DNA from: Eledone cirrhosa
Taxonomy: Eukaryota
DNA length: 64,000 bases
Reading direction: 5' to 3'
Assembly: GCA_964016885.1 (NCBI GenBank)
Contig: OZ024740.1
Location: 406,224,001-406,288,000, forward strand
The notes under the pieces were generated by a model. That model was not told the DNA's origin, did not search any database, and saw only the letters and a list, made by a program, of their open reading frames with translations. The first letter of the stretch is position 1. Every line of letters starts with the position of its first letter. Of the stretch, positions 13,129 through 24,633 are shown one piece after another. Made by a program: the position numbers and the translations under genes.

Positions 13129-16100
13129 AATAATAAGCACAATGAAAGGAAGAGCAGGAGAAATCGTAGAAATGCTAGAGCGAAAGGAAATTGATGTATG
13201 CTGTGTGCAAGAGACTAGATGGAGAGGAGAGTCTGCTAGAGTCCTTGTAGGAAAAAGTCAGTGCTACAAATTTTTCTGGGTGGGAAATGACGATGGGATG
13301 GGTGGTGTAGGTATACTACTAGCTGACAAGTGGGTAGATAAAGTAATCTCAGTGTACAGGGTAAATGCAAGAATCATTAAACTCAGAGTAGTCCTGAATA
13401 AAACAATTACCACAATAATATCAGCTTACGCACCCCAATCGGGGTTGCCAGACGAACTTAAGAATAGATTTTACGAGTCCCTAATGCACACTACTGCTCT
13501 AACAAACGACAATGACTTTCTAATCATCGCAGGAGATTTTAACAGACACGTAGGTAAACACTGTGACGGCTTCAATAGAGTCCATGGAGGCCATGGGGTT
13601 GGCACAAGAAATGAAGAAGGATTCAGACTTCTAGAATTCTGCAACGCCAATGACATGTTGATATGTAACACAAACTTCAAAAAACCCGACAACCACCTGA
13701 TCACCTATAGATCAGGGGAGCATTCTAGTCAGATAGATTTTATCCTCATCAGAGGACGTGACAGATGGACGGTCGTAAACACAAAAGCCTTCCTTAGTGA
13801 GGAATGTACCTCCCAACATAGCTTAGTTGTCAGCGACCTCACGGTCAGAACTAGACGAACCTGGAAATAGAGGCCAACCTGGAGAAGAAAGATCTGGAAG
13901 CTGCAAGACCCCTCAGCCAGTAACAGATTTAAAGATATTTTACTCAACGCCTACGACATTAGAGAAGAACAGATAGAGACATTCAATGTAGAAGAGCACT
14001 GGGAGTTCCTAAAATATAACTTACTAGGGGCGACGGGTGAGGTCTGTGGCTGGAGTAAGACCACAAGCAGGAGGAGAGTGACTTGGTGGTGGAACAATAA
14101 GGTAGATGAGGCAGTTAAGACCAAGAGACAGGCATGAAAAGAATGGAAGAACGGGGGGAGCAGGGTATATTACATAGAGACCAAGAGGGAAGCTAGGCGA
14201 CAAGTATACTTAGCTAGGAGGGAAGCAGAGGATAGAAAATTCAAGCATGTTTTGCAACGTGAGGACCAGAAACAGGAGGTGTTCAAGATTGCGAGGCAGT
14301 GTGTCAGAGAGAATTGTGATGTCATTGGAGAGAAGTGTATCCGGAATGATAAAGGTGAGCTTGCCCTCACAAGTGCTGAGAAGAAAGATGCATGGAAGAG
14401 TCATTATGATAGATTACTAAATGAGGAGAATGCATGGGAAGAAGAGACCCTACCCCAAGTAGACCCTATAGAGGGGCCAGCAGTACAAGTCAGCAGCAGC
14501 GTAGTAAGTAAGGCAATCAAAGATATGAAGATGGGGAAGGCAACCGGTCCATCGGGTATAGCTGCCGAGATGCTGAATGCATCTGGGTCTGTAGGTCACA
14601 CTATAACCACACGTATTGTTAACCAGGTAATACTAGAAGGTGTCATACCAAAAGATTGGTGCAGTAGCATCATTGTCAACTGCTACAAAGGTAAAGGTGA
14701 TGCACTCGATAGAGGAAACTATAGAGGTATAAAGCTGATGGACCAGGTCATGAAAGTAACAGAAAGAGTTATAGCACAGTTGATTAGGGACCGGGTGAAA
14801 CTAAATGAGATGCAATTTGGGTTTGTACCAGGAAGAGGCACCACTGATGCCCTCTTCCTTGTGAGGCAGTTACAGGAAAAGTACCTAGCTAAAGCCACTC
14901 TACCTGGCATTCGTCAATCTCGAGAAAGCCTTTGACAGAGTTCCACGTGCTGTAATCTGATGGGCTCTTAGAAAACTAGGAGTAGATGAATGGCTTGTGA
15001 AAGCTGTACAAGCCATGTATAGGGGAGCAGTCAGCAAAGTTAGGATTAGCAATGAGTATAGCGATGAATTTAGCGTACAGGTCAGTGTCCACCAGGGCTC
15101 TGTTCTTAGCCCTCTCCTGTTCATCATAGTCCTGCTGGCAATCACGGAGGAGTTTAAGACCGGATGCCCATGGGAACTCCTGTATGCTGATGACCTCGCA
15201 CTTATAGCTGAATCTATGGTAGAACTAGAGAAGAAATTCCAAACTTGGAAGCAAGGACTAGAAAGAAAGGGTCTCAAAGTCAACATGACAAAGACTAAGG
15301 TCCTTGTAAGTAGACGAGAAAACAGAACCCAGATCCCCTCAGGGAAATGGCCTTGCTCAGTATGTAGGAAAGGTGTAGGTAGGAACTCCATTCTCTGCCC
15401 CAAATGCAAACAATGGGTACACAAGAGATATAGCGGGATCTCAGGAAGCTTAATTAAGAATGTAGGCTTCACATGCAGCAGCTGTACTGGGACAGCAAGC
15501 AGCAAACAGCCACAGGAAACAAGTACCACCAATCTCTGGCAGGGTTCTGTAGAGACAGTAGACAGCTTCTGCTACCTAGGTGACCGAATTAGCAGCGGAG
15601 GTGGGTGTTCAGAAAGTACAATAACTAGGGTAAGAACGGGATGGAAGAAGTTCAGGGAACTACTACCACTGCTAGATGCAAAAGGCTTCTCCCTCAAAAT
15701 GAAAGGCAGACTGTATGATGCGTGTATCCGAACAGCAATGTTACATGGTAGTGAGACCTGGGCGCTGAAGGTGGAAGACTTACGTAGATTAGAGAGAAAC
15801 GAAGCCTGCATGCTCCGATGGATGTGTAATAGTAATATACGCGAACGGCAAAGCATAAATGAATTGAGAGAGAGACTGAGCATAAGAGGAATCAAATGCT
15901 GTGTGCAGGAGAGGCGGTTGCGTTGGTATGGACATGTGATGCGTATGAAGGATGACAGCTGCATATAAAGGTGCAGAGCACTAGAAGTCGATGGAAACCG
16001 CGGAGTGGGGAGACCCAAGATGACCTGGGATGAGGTGATAAAAGCCGACCTTACCCAATTACACCTCTCAAAGGCGATGAGACACGACCGTGACCTCTGG

Positions 16101-16444
16101 TGTCACGCAGTAATACAGAGTACCCGACCTCCCCTGGGTACAAGCTGAAGCATATAGACAATATGCCCCCACACCCTCCCACTGCAAGGTGGTCGTTGAG
16201 GTGCCACGGCAAAAAAGCACCCAGCCCACACTGTAAAGTGGACGTGTAGGCACCACGAAAAAGCACCCAGCACTCACTGCAAATGAGGTTGGTGTTAGGA
16301 AGGGCATCCAGCTGTAGAAATCAAGCCAAATCAGTTCCTGTATGAGCAAGGCATGGTCAGCCGACCAGACACTGCCCACAACAGGACAACCCGTCTAACC
16401 CATGCTAGCGTGGAAGAACGGACGTAAAACGGTGATGATGATGA
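13129..16444 (+). mobile_element. RTE-clade LINE, subfamily A, nearly complete ORF (APE endonuclease + RT), inactivated
   Basis: APE motifs CVQETRW, GDFN, SQIDFIL; RT motifs NYRGIKL, QFGF, YADD. Stops at about 13868, 14135, 14958 and 15966 and a frameshift near 14893. 3'UTR and (GAT)n tail. 5'UTR absent. Confidence 0.97.
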
Positions 16445-16549
16445 TTTTTACTTAGTCCGGATATGAGTATAGTTCGGTTAAGAGTATACTATTTTCCATT
16501 TCCGATGGTATACTCTTAAGCGGACTCGACTGTATAACACACTAAATGG

Positions 16550-16748
16550 ATTTCTAATTTAGGCACAAAACCAGTAAATTTTTTGCAGGGCCAAGTTGAT
16601 TAAATCGACCCTAGTTCTTGACTGGTACTTTATCTTAACCCCGCAAGGATAGAAGGCAAAGTTGACCCTGACAGAATGTAAAGGGCCAGACCAAATACCA
16701 AACCAGCATTTTACCTGATGCACTACCAATTCTGTCAATCTACCACTT
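16550..16748 (-). mobile_element. SINE family A, degenerate
   Basis: TTTCTAATTTAGGCACAA tail and GACTGGTACTTTAT...AAGGCAAAGTTGACC core. Confidence 0.75.
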
Positions 16749-18104
16749 TTAATTAGCTTATAGTTTGAACAGCACAATTTCTGTAAAAGGCACCATGTCA
16801 GAAGTTAAAAGCTACTAAGAAAAAATAAGTTTCGCAAACAAACTGACTGGATAGGAGAACTAGAGTAGAGCTATTGCATATACATTTGCAATAAATGGCA
16901 ATATACTGGAAAAGATTCTGAAGAAAGTATCAAACAGAAAATCCCCAAGGCCAGATTTTATGTAAGGATATTGGCACAATAATTTCATTTTATCACAGAC
17001 CTTTCATCACACTGTGTGAAGAGACCATAAAGGATCATTAGATCTGTTCAAATGGATACAGAAGCCTTCCACTTCACTTTACTAAATATAACTTAATGAC
17101 CCAGGTTAAAAAGTTATTGCCCAATAGCTTGCCATAACATCATTTCTAAGATATACACTGGGTGTTTTAATTTGTTCCTACAAGGTCATTGTGCTACCAA
17201 TAATATATATAATACTTGAGCAAACTGGGAGAAAAATGAAGTATGGAACTCTATTGAACAGCTACTTATTAACATATCTGAAGTTAGTGTTTTTAATGAA
17301 ACTTAGCATTCACTGTGAAAGGACTCAATACAGGACTAAAATTAAATTATTTTATTAGACAGAAATTTCTGTCCCAAATACAAGAACTACAAGCACTTGA
17401 CTGTAGTATGGCTGGACTATCAAAAAAGCATTACATTACATGGGTGTTTCATCAAATCTTTACAAATAACCCGGGTTTGCCACCCATTCATAACTGTTAT
17501 TCAACATCTAACCAAAACATGGTACATCATCTTACTTGTAAAAGTTAAATCAAGCTAATTAAATATATTACACCATAGTATGTTATGTTCCCGTAACTCC
17601 TGATATAGTCGTAGGGGTGCCATAGTAACAAAATAAAAGGCATCTTGCAAGGAGATAGTTTGTCAGTACTGTTCTTGATTCTTTCAATAAACCTAATATC
17701 ACACCTGCTCACAAAACCAGGTGTTTATGGAAATAAATGCTCTGAAACCTACACACATAAAAGTTTATAGTATAAGTGATACCAAACTATATTTATTAAG
17801 AAATGCAGAGCACGAAAAATAGAAAAATGCATTACAAAATAGATTAGAAAATTCAAAGTAATGAATCTAAATATTGATATAAACAAAAAATATAATAGAT
17901 ACAATAAAGTAAATGAAACAAACATTTCTTTAAATAATCCATCGATCAAGATAAGATTGCAAATAGTACATGTTGCTTATATTGAAAACTACCATACTAG
18001 GCTAAATAGGAAGATAGTGAGATAAACACTCTATAACAAGGATATATGTCAAAGTATAGTTCCATTAATTTACTACCAAAAAATATAAAATACATGGAAT
18101 AATA

Positions 18105-18548
18105 TGAATCCTTTTAATACGAAACTGTCTGAAACTGTCCCTGGTTCTATGCTACAAAACTGTTTAACCCTTTAGCATTTACATTACTCTATATACTATT
18201 GTATTTTCATGTTAAAGGCTTTACCTCACATAATTATTTCACATAATATTGTATCTAAGAGATTTTGATATTATTTATTTAGAGAACAATACCTTAACAT
18301 TGGTATGAATGGCCAGTTATGGCTGGTTTGGACAGAATGAGGTGAGAGAATTCTGACCGGATACAGCTGGTTTAAATGCTAAAGGGTTAAAGTATTTATA
18401 TTTATGTAAAAACCTCCCATCATAATTTTATGTAAGAACCTTTGATAAGCTATGTTCCAAACACTAGCTTAATAATAATAAGGTTAGTTATCTCTCTGAT
18501 TTTTGATTATTTTCAAAATTATTAGAAATATGATAATGAAAAGGTTAA
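18105..18548. mobile_element. MITE family P2 interrupted by a P1 MITE
   Basis: CCTTTTAATACGAAACTGTCTGAAAC...AATGAAAAGG-TTAA; body matches other P2 copies. Confidence 0.8.
18164..18390. mobile_element. MITE family P1, nested, perfect TIRs
   Basis: TTAA-CCCTTTAGCATTTA...TAAATGCTAAAGGG-TTAA; 14-bp perfect TIR. Confidence 0.9.
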
Positions 18549-19208
18549 AACTGTAGTCATTGATATTGTGTTAATGTGCATTTTAAAGAGACATTCTTTT
18601 GTAACATTTAAAATTTGCTGTTGATATTTACATGTATATCTTGTCTTTTTCTCTACATATTGACACTTTAACAGCAAGTTCAAAGGTCAAACCCTCTGTC
18701 ATCTTTGACCAGCTAATTCCACCCATTTAACTCAGTCATTTACAATTCAAATGAAAACTTGAAGGAAATGAAATACAAAGCAGTCAAACTGTAACTATTC
18801 TTGGCTTACGATTAAAAAACAATGTTCTGTAAACTGAAAGATAACTAGCTACAGTTGCAAATAATTTGCTGAAAATCTCAAATGTTTGTCTGTACTGATG
18901 CCATAACATTAATAAAAATAAATAAGTAAGTAAATAAAACATATCTATGAACATACTACCACAAAAAAAGGGAAAATTATATGAAGTTGTAATTGGTTAT
19001 CATGTTTATTTGTTAAAAAAAAGATCACGAGATAACTTGCCAAAATTCTTTACCAACTTCTTATATATATATATATATATATAAGTTCGTGTTAACAGAT
19101 TTAATACATGAGGCATTAAAAAGATAACTAGAAATAAATGTAGGCTGAAAAAAATACAAGTTAATGACTAATATTATTTCCTTTTTTATCTGGCAAGCAC
19201 AATAGAGA

Positions 19209-19252
19209 ACTCTGGACATGTTTCAGTCATATTTTGACCTCATCAGTGAAGT
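19209..19252 (-). ncRNA. minimal type I hammerhead ribozyme motif (Penelope-like terminal repeat relic)
   Basis: CTGATGA-GGTCA-AAATA-TGACT-GAAA-CAT-GTC: complete core, 5-bp stem II, palindromic stem III ACATGT. Stem I is mismatched next to the core. Confidence 0.65.
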
Positions 19253-19762
19253 ATAATCCTCACCATACTTGCTTATGTTATGATAAAATAAACCCTAAAT
19301 AAACATAAAAGATTGTATATTTGTTGGTGCAGAAAAATAATTGCTTAAAAATTAAGATTTAAAAATACCATCTGTATAAGAAAAAATTAGTGTTTTTGTA
19401 TTTACTTTTTTATATGAATTGAGTTTCAATGCAATTTCAAAAGTATTGTGACAATATAAAATTTGTTTAAATGACTTAAAAGCCCACACAACACGTATGA
19501 AGAAATAAAACTTAGTATTCTATTAAAAATGTCCAGTCTTAAAAGACTTTCATCAGTGAATTGTTATAAGATTCTTTTTCAATGCTGAAAAGTTTTTAGC
19601 ATTGGCTAATGATTGAACAAGCTAGAGTTGAAATGTGAACTGGGTGAATATTATTGTGGCACCAACACTACTACTTTACAGAGTGAGCTGGGTGCATTTT
19701 ATCATAGCACCAGAATTACACCATTACAGAGAGAGTGTGTATGTGTGTGTTGGGGGAGGGGG

Positions 19763-20414
19763 GGCAAAGCAAATTTCTTTTCATGACTAAAATGACTATA
19801 ATCCAAGTATATTGAAACTACACTTTATGCAGTATTTTTTTACATTTAATGCTCAGCTCACAGAAATATGTTTGTTGGCTGAACTTCTTTTATCACACTT
19901 GATACAAAATGTAAGTAAGAAACAGTTCAAGCTTTATAATTATTTACTGCACATGAACTAAGTACCACCTGAATTAAAATGTAAGTTTAGTGTTTCTAGT
20001 TAGTAAAAATATTTAAGAATTTAAATCCTAATTTTAATACTAGATCAAAGTGAGACCTTGTTTGTCAGTGCTGAGAGAAGGATTGGTAGAATGCAAAGAT
20101 ATTTCATATCAGCAAGGGTTACACAGAAATGTAAAAACTGAAGTTATGGGCAGTAGGGTAAAAATTTAGTTGTGCCAAGGGTGGAGATGGGATTACAGGT
20201 AGCCAAGGCATGATTCCCCTCACATCATGTACCCAAACACAGTAGGTTTGTGTTAACAATTACTAGAGAGGCAAGCAAGTTTCTTTTCATGACTAAATTG
20301 TCTAAAGTCCAAGAGCAGTGAAACTACATCTTATGACCACATGCAGTATTTTTTACATTTAATGTGCAGCCTGTGGAAATATGTTTGTTGGCTGAGCTTC
20401 TTCTTTCATCACAC
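19763..20414. repeat. diverged ~135-bp direct repeat pair (19763-19898 and 20270-20414)
   Basis: Shared blocks TTTCTTTTCATGACTAAA, ATGCAGTATTTTTT, ACATTTAATG and GAAATATGTTTGTTGGCTGA. Confidence 0.85.
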
Positions 20415-20904
20415 AATATAACTTTCTCATCTTAAATTTAACATGTGAATTTCAGTTCATTTGGTTCAATATTGAAAAAAATGTATTATTTAATTCAGTA
20501 AATTTTATTGTTATAACTACTTACAAGGGTTTAAATTGTAAATATATATTTAACCCTAATTATTACACACAGCATGTGTACAGAATATTTGGTTTTTCAT
20601 CCAAAGAATATCATTTTAGTTTGTTACCCACGGAGCTAGTATGCAGTGCATCTGATAATGTAGTTCTGAGTTTCCTTGTACATACATTCCTGTATTTTAA
20701 TCATGTATCACTTTATAAAATTTCAGTGTTATCATATTTTTATGATGAACAGACAATGCTACATTATTATACTTTGGGAGGGTCATATTGTCATTAAAAA
20801 CACATGCGCCCTTGAGTTTCACTTCAGTTTACTTTAAGTTGAGTAACTAATTCATTGGTAAGTTTAGTAAGTCTAAAGTTTGTCTTAAACCAGAAAACAT
20901 GTTA

Positions 20905-21140
20905 GGCCGGTGCTTATCCTGGTTTTGTGACGTGAAGTGACAGAGTACAAGACTCCCTCCTAGACAGGATGCCAGTCCATCGCAGAATTAAACCCCTAGC
21001 TATTGCTGGTACTCGTTTTCAGCTGAGTATACTAGAGCAACGTGGAATGAAGAACACAACACGCAACCCAACTCAAGAATCAAACCCACAACATTATGAT
21101 CGTAAGTCCAACACCCTTACCACTAGGTCACATGCCTCCA
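20905..21140 (-). mobile_element. tRNA-derived SINE family B (CORE-like)
   Basis: Minus strand begins GGAGGCATGTGACCTAGTGGTAAGGG (A-box) and has GGGTTTGATTC (B-box), followed by a TTGCTCTAGTATACTCAGCTG core. Confidence 0.8.
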
Positions 21141-21831
21141 CATAGTTTAGTAACCAGATAGTTATTTAATTGTCAAAGCTCTTTCATCCCACATCCTGTG
21201 ACTTTCTTAATGTCTATTCTTGCTTCTCTGTGTCTCTTCTTTGTTCTGATCTTGTTTTATTTACTCTATTTAAGAAGATCACAGGATAGGCTTTGAAAAT
21301 TAACAATTAAACAACCACTTAACCAGCCACTTAACAATTAACCTAACTGATAAATAAATTAGTTACTCTAATAATAAACTAAAGTGAAACTCAACTGGTG
21401 CATGTGTTTTTATTGGCAACATGACCTTCCCAAAGTATAATAATGTAGCATTGTTGGTTAACACTGAAATTTTATAAAAAGGTACACAAAATATCTTAAT
21501 CTTACTGGTTCCCCTTTTTTTTTTACCTATATTTCTCCCTGTTTTAACCAGGTATTTACTAAGACCAAAAAATATAGTTGAAATATCTCAATTTTTTTCC
21601 ATTTCAGTTTTACTTTTGACACTAATTTTATATTACTGAAATACATATTCTCCATAGTTCACACTAAATACTCTTAGCATAGATAAAATGACATAATAAT
21701 AATAATAATAATGATAATAATAATAATGAAATTATTGTGTAAAGTGCTCAGGTGCACTACAACTCGTCAAAGGTGTATGTATAGTACATAGAATAATACA
21801 CAAATGTCAGGGAAGTACATGTGTGTATGTG

Positions 21832-24600
21832 TTAGCTGTAGTGTTGGCGGATCTCGGGAAGTATGAAGGCCTTAAAGGATGCAGTGTCTCGACAGCTAAC
21901 AACTGATGCAGGTAGTTTGTTCCATGCTTCAGCAACTCTGAGCGTGAAAAAATGTTTCCGAAAGTCATGGGAACTGTGCTGTTTTCTTACTTTGTGGGCA
22001 TGTCCACGTGTGTTAGACACATGGAAATCAAAAAGGTACTCAGGGTTGTTGTTGGCAAGATGGTTAACAATTTTGTGGGTGTTTACCAAGTCAGTTGCCA
22101 GGCGTCGGAGCTTCAATGAATCCATGCCCAGGGAAGCAAGGCGCTCAGAGTATGGTAGATGCCTGATGGAGGGTATTCGCTTGGTTGCACGTCTCTGAAC
22201 AGTTTCCAGGCGGTCAATGTTCTGAGCAAGATAGGGGTTCCAGACTGGTGATGCAAATTCTAAGTGTGGTCGCACCATAGCTGTATACAGCCTTAAATAG
22301 ATATCTGGAGAGCGGCTGACAAAGGTCTTGCTGAGTGATGCTAAGACACTCTCGGCCCTCTTGACAATTTTAGAGATGTGCTTCGTCCAATGCAAATCGC
22401 TGCTGACCATAATGCCCAGGTCACGTTCACAGGAAGACTTCTTGATATTAGTGCTGTGGATGGAGTATGTGGACGCTGGGTTTTTACTTCCAAAATGCAT
22501 GGTGGTGCACTTGTCCACAGCTAGCTTGAGTTGCCAGTCTGAGATCCACTGTTGTTTTGTGTCCAGGTTAGACTGCAAGCAAGATCTATAGTGTTCAGGA
22601 TCTGTCCTTTTTATCTCAAAGTACAGCTTGATGTCGTCTGCGTACTTTAGTACTGTGGCATTCCTTAAGTTGGCATCTATGTCATTAATATATGCCACAA
22701 ACAAAAGGGGGCCAAGAACAGATCCCTATGGTACACCAGATGACATCTCATATGGTGAGGAATGCTGTCCCAGAACCGTGACTACCTCTCTTCGACTGAG
22801 AATGAAGGACTTCAACCAGTTAAAAAGATCATCCTTCACACCCATTGCAGAGAGTTTTGCCATAAGCCTTTTGTGTGGCACAGAATTGAAGGCTTTCGCA
22901 AAGTCAAGGTAAACAACATCCACCCATGAGCCGCCATCAGTGATCTGGGTGATGTCCTCAAGAAACTCTATAAGTTGATCACAGCAGCTGGAGTTAGGGA
23001 TAAATCCAAATTGCGAGGGCCGGATAAGACTGTGAGAGCTCCAGAAGTTCCAAAGTGTTTCTCTGACACAGGATTCCATCAGTTTGCCGATGCAACTCGT
23101 AAGACTGACTGGATGATAGTTCACAGGTGATGTGCGGTCACCCTTTTTGAACAGAGGAATGACACTGGCAGTTTTCCACTGTTCTGGAGTAGCACTGTTG
23201 TTCAGACAGAATTGGAAGAAGCGTGATAACTGGTGTAGAAGGAAGTACCCACCACGTTTAAGAAGCAGGTACGTAACACCATCAAGACCAGGAGAGGCAT
23301 GGTTGCGTTTATTTTTTAGGTGACGTCGCAGCATTGCAGGTGTAAATTCCATGGTTGTAATAGAGTCCGGTGTCATAGGTGGTGGAGATGGTACACTCTG
23401 GTCTTCAATAGTGAAAATGCCTGCATAGCATTCAGCAATGAGCTCTGCGCATTCCTTGGGGTCATCAGTAATCTGGCTTGTGTGGGGATTGAGAAGAGGA
23501 CCAACTGGAGAGTGAGGCCTCTGCTTTGAGTGAACATACTTCCAGAACACCTTACTGTCAGGGCTGGTTGCTATGCGCTGCTCAAATTGAAGCACTGCCT
23601 TTTTTGTTACCTGTTTGAGGTGGTTGGACGATCTATTTCGCCTCTTCCTATTAATGTCTGATTTGTGAAGTTTGTACTCACGTTCAGCATTGCGCCATTC
23701 TTTTCTGGCAAGATGGACTGCTGCAGTCTCCCAAATTGCGCTTTTTGGATGTTTTTTCCACTTACGTGGCACTGATGCTGCACATGCTGTCCATATTGAG
23801 CTCAGGATGTTCTGAAGTACAGTGTTGACATCTCAAGCCAGTTTGGCCGTTGCAACTCGGTGCAGTAACAGTTCCAGTCTGCTTTATTCCAGTCAAAGTG
23901 AGCAGTTTGGAGATAGTTGTGGTTCTTGTTACTGCCCATGAGGGATAGATTGGCAATGATCATAGCATGATCAGAGTCACCTAAAGGTTCCTCAGCAGTA
24001 ACACTAATGACCGTTTCAGGAGTAGTGGTGAAGAGTAGGTCCAAAGTGTTGTCACCTCTCGTTGGGGAGGTGACCACCTGGGACCAACTCGAGTCCAGCA
24101 CTAGCTCAAGGAAGTCATTTGCACTTGGCGGCCAACGAAAGGTTTCCCAGTCAATCTCAGGGTGATTGAAGTCACCTGCAATGAAAACATAAGTGGCTGT
24201 CTTCCTGGCAGCAGCTCTGAGGATATCACAAAGTTGAGTGTCCTGATGGTAATTTGGGGGACGGTAAACGACTCCAAGTAGCAGTGTTGACATGGTCATA
24301 CGTATATCGCAGAAAAAAACTTCCTGCTGTGATTGGTTCAAATCAGCACAAGGAATTGCCGACAGATTTGACCGAACGTAGACCATTACACCACCACCAC
24401 CACGATTAATGCGGTCTTTACGAAACAGGTTGTAGCCAGTCATGCTGAAAACCCCATCACAGAGTAAGGGATGTGCCCAAGTTTCCGTGACTGTAATGAA
24501 GTCAGGGTTGATACTTTTGACGTAAGAGTCAAAAAGATGAATCTTATTGCATAGTCCACGTGCATTCAAGGACAACAATTTGTACCTTGATTCCAGTCTA
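21832..24600 (-). pseudogene. CR1 ORF2 (APE endonuclease + reverse transcriptase), disrupted
   Basis: LNARGL, VTETW, VYRPP, GDFNHP, SDH; YLDFAKAFNSVPH, SGVP*GSVLGP, YADD, VQRRATK, TRGH. One frameshift or deletion near 23790 and one premature stop at 22726. Confidence 0.93.
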
Positions 24601-24633
24601 TGATTATGTGCAGGGATGGCAGGTTGTTCTGAT

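Larger units (their letters stand above)
12299..16532 (+). mobile_element. non-autonomous pogo/Tigger-type DNA transposon with nested RTE LINE
   Basis: 24-bp TIRs CAGTCAAGTCCGCTTAAGAGTATA (12299-12322) and TATACTCTTAAGCGGACTCGACTG (16509-16532), one mismatch. TA TSDs at 12297-98 and 16533-34. Repeated subterminal TAAGAGTATA motifs. Confidence 0.92.

Noticed and set aside
13060-13130. TSD around the nested RTE
   Set aside because: TTTTTACTTA occurs on both sides but about 55 bp from the left junction, so it is not a clean TSD.
14719-16379. Antisense ORFs of 60-210 aa over RTE copies (also at 7238-8126, 36825-38534, 47723-48833)
   Set aside because: These are shadow frames of the LINE coding strand, recurring only because the element is repeated.
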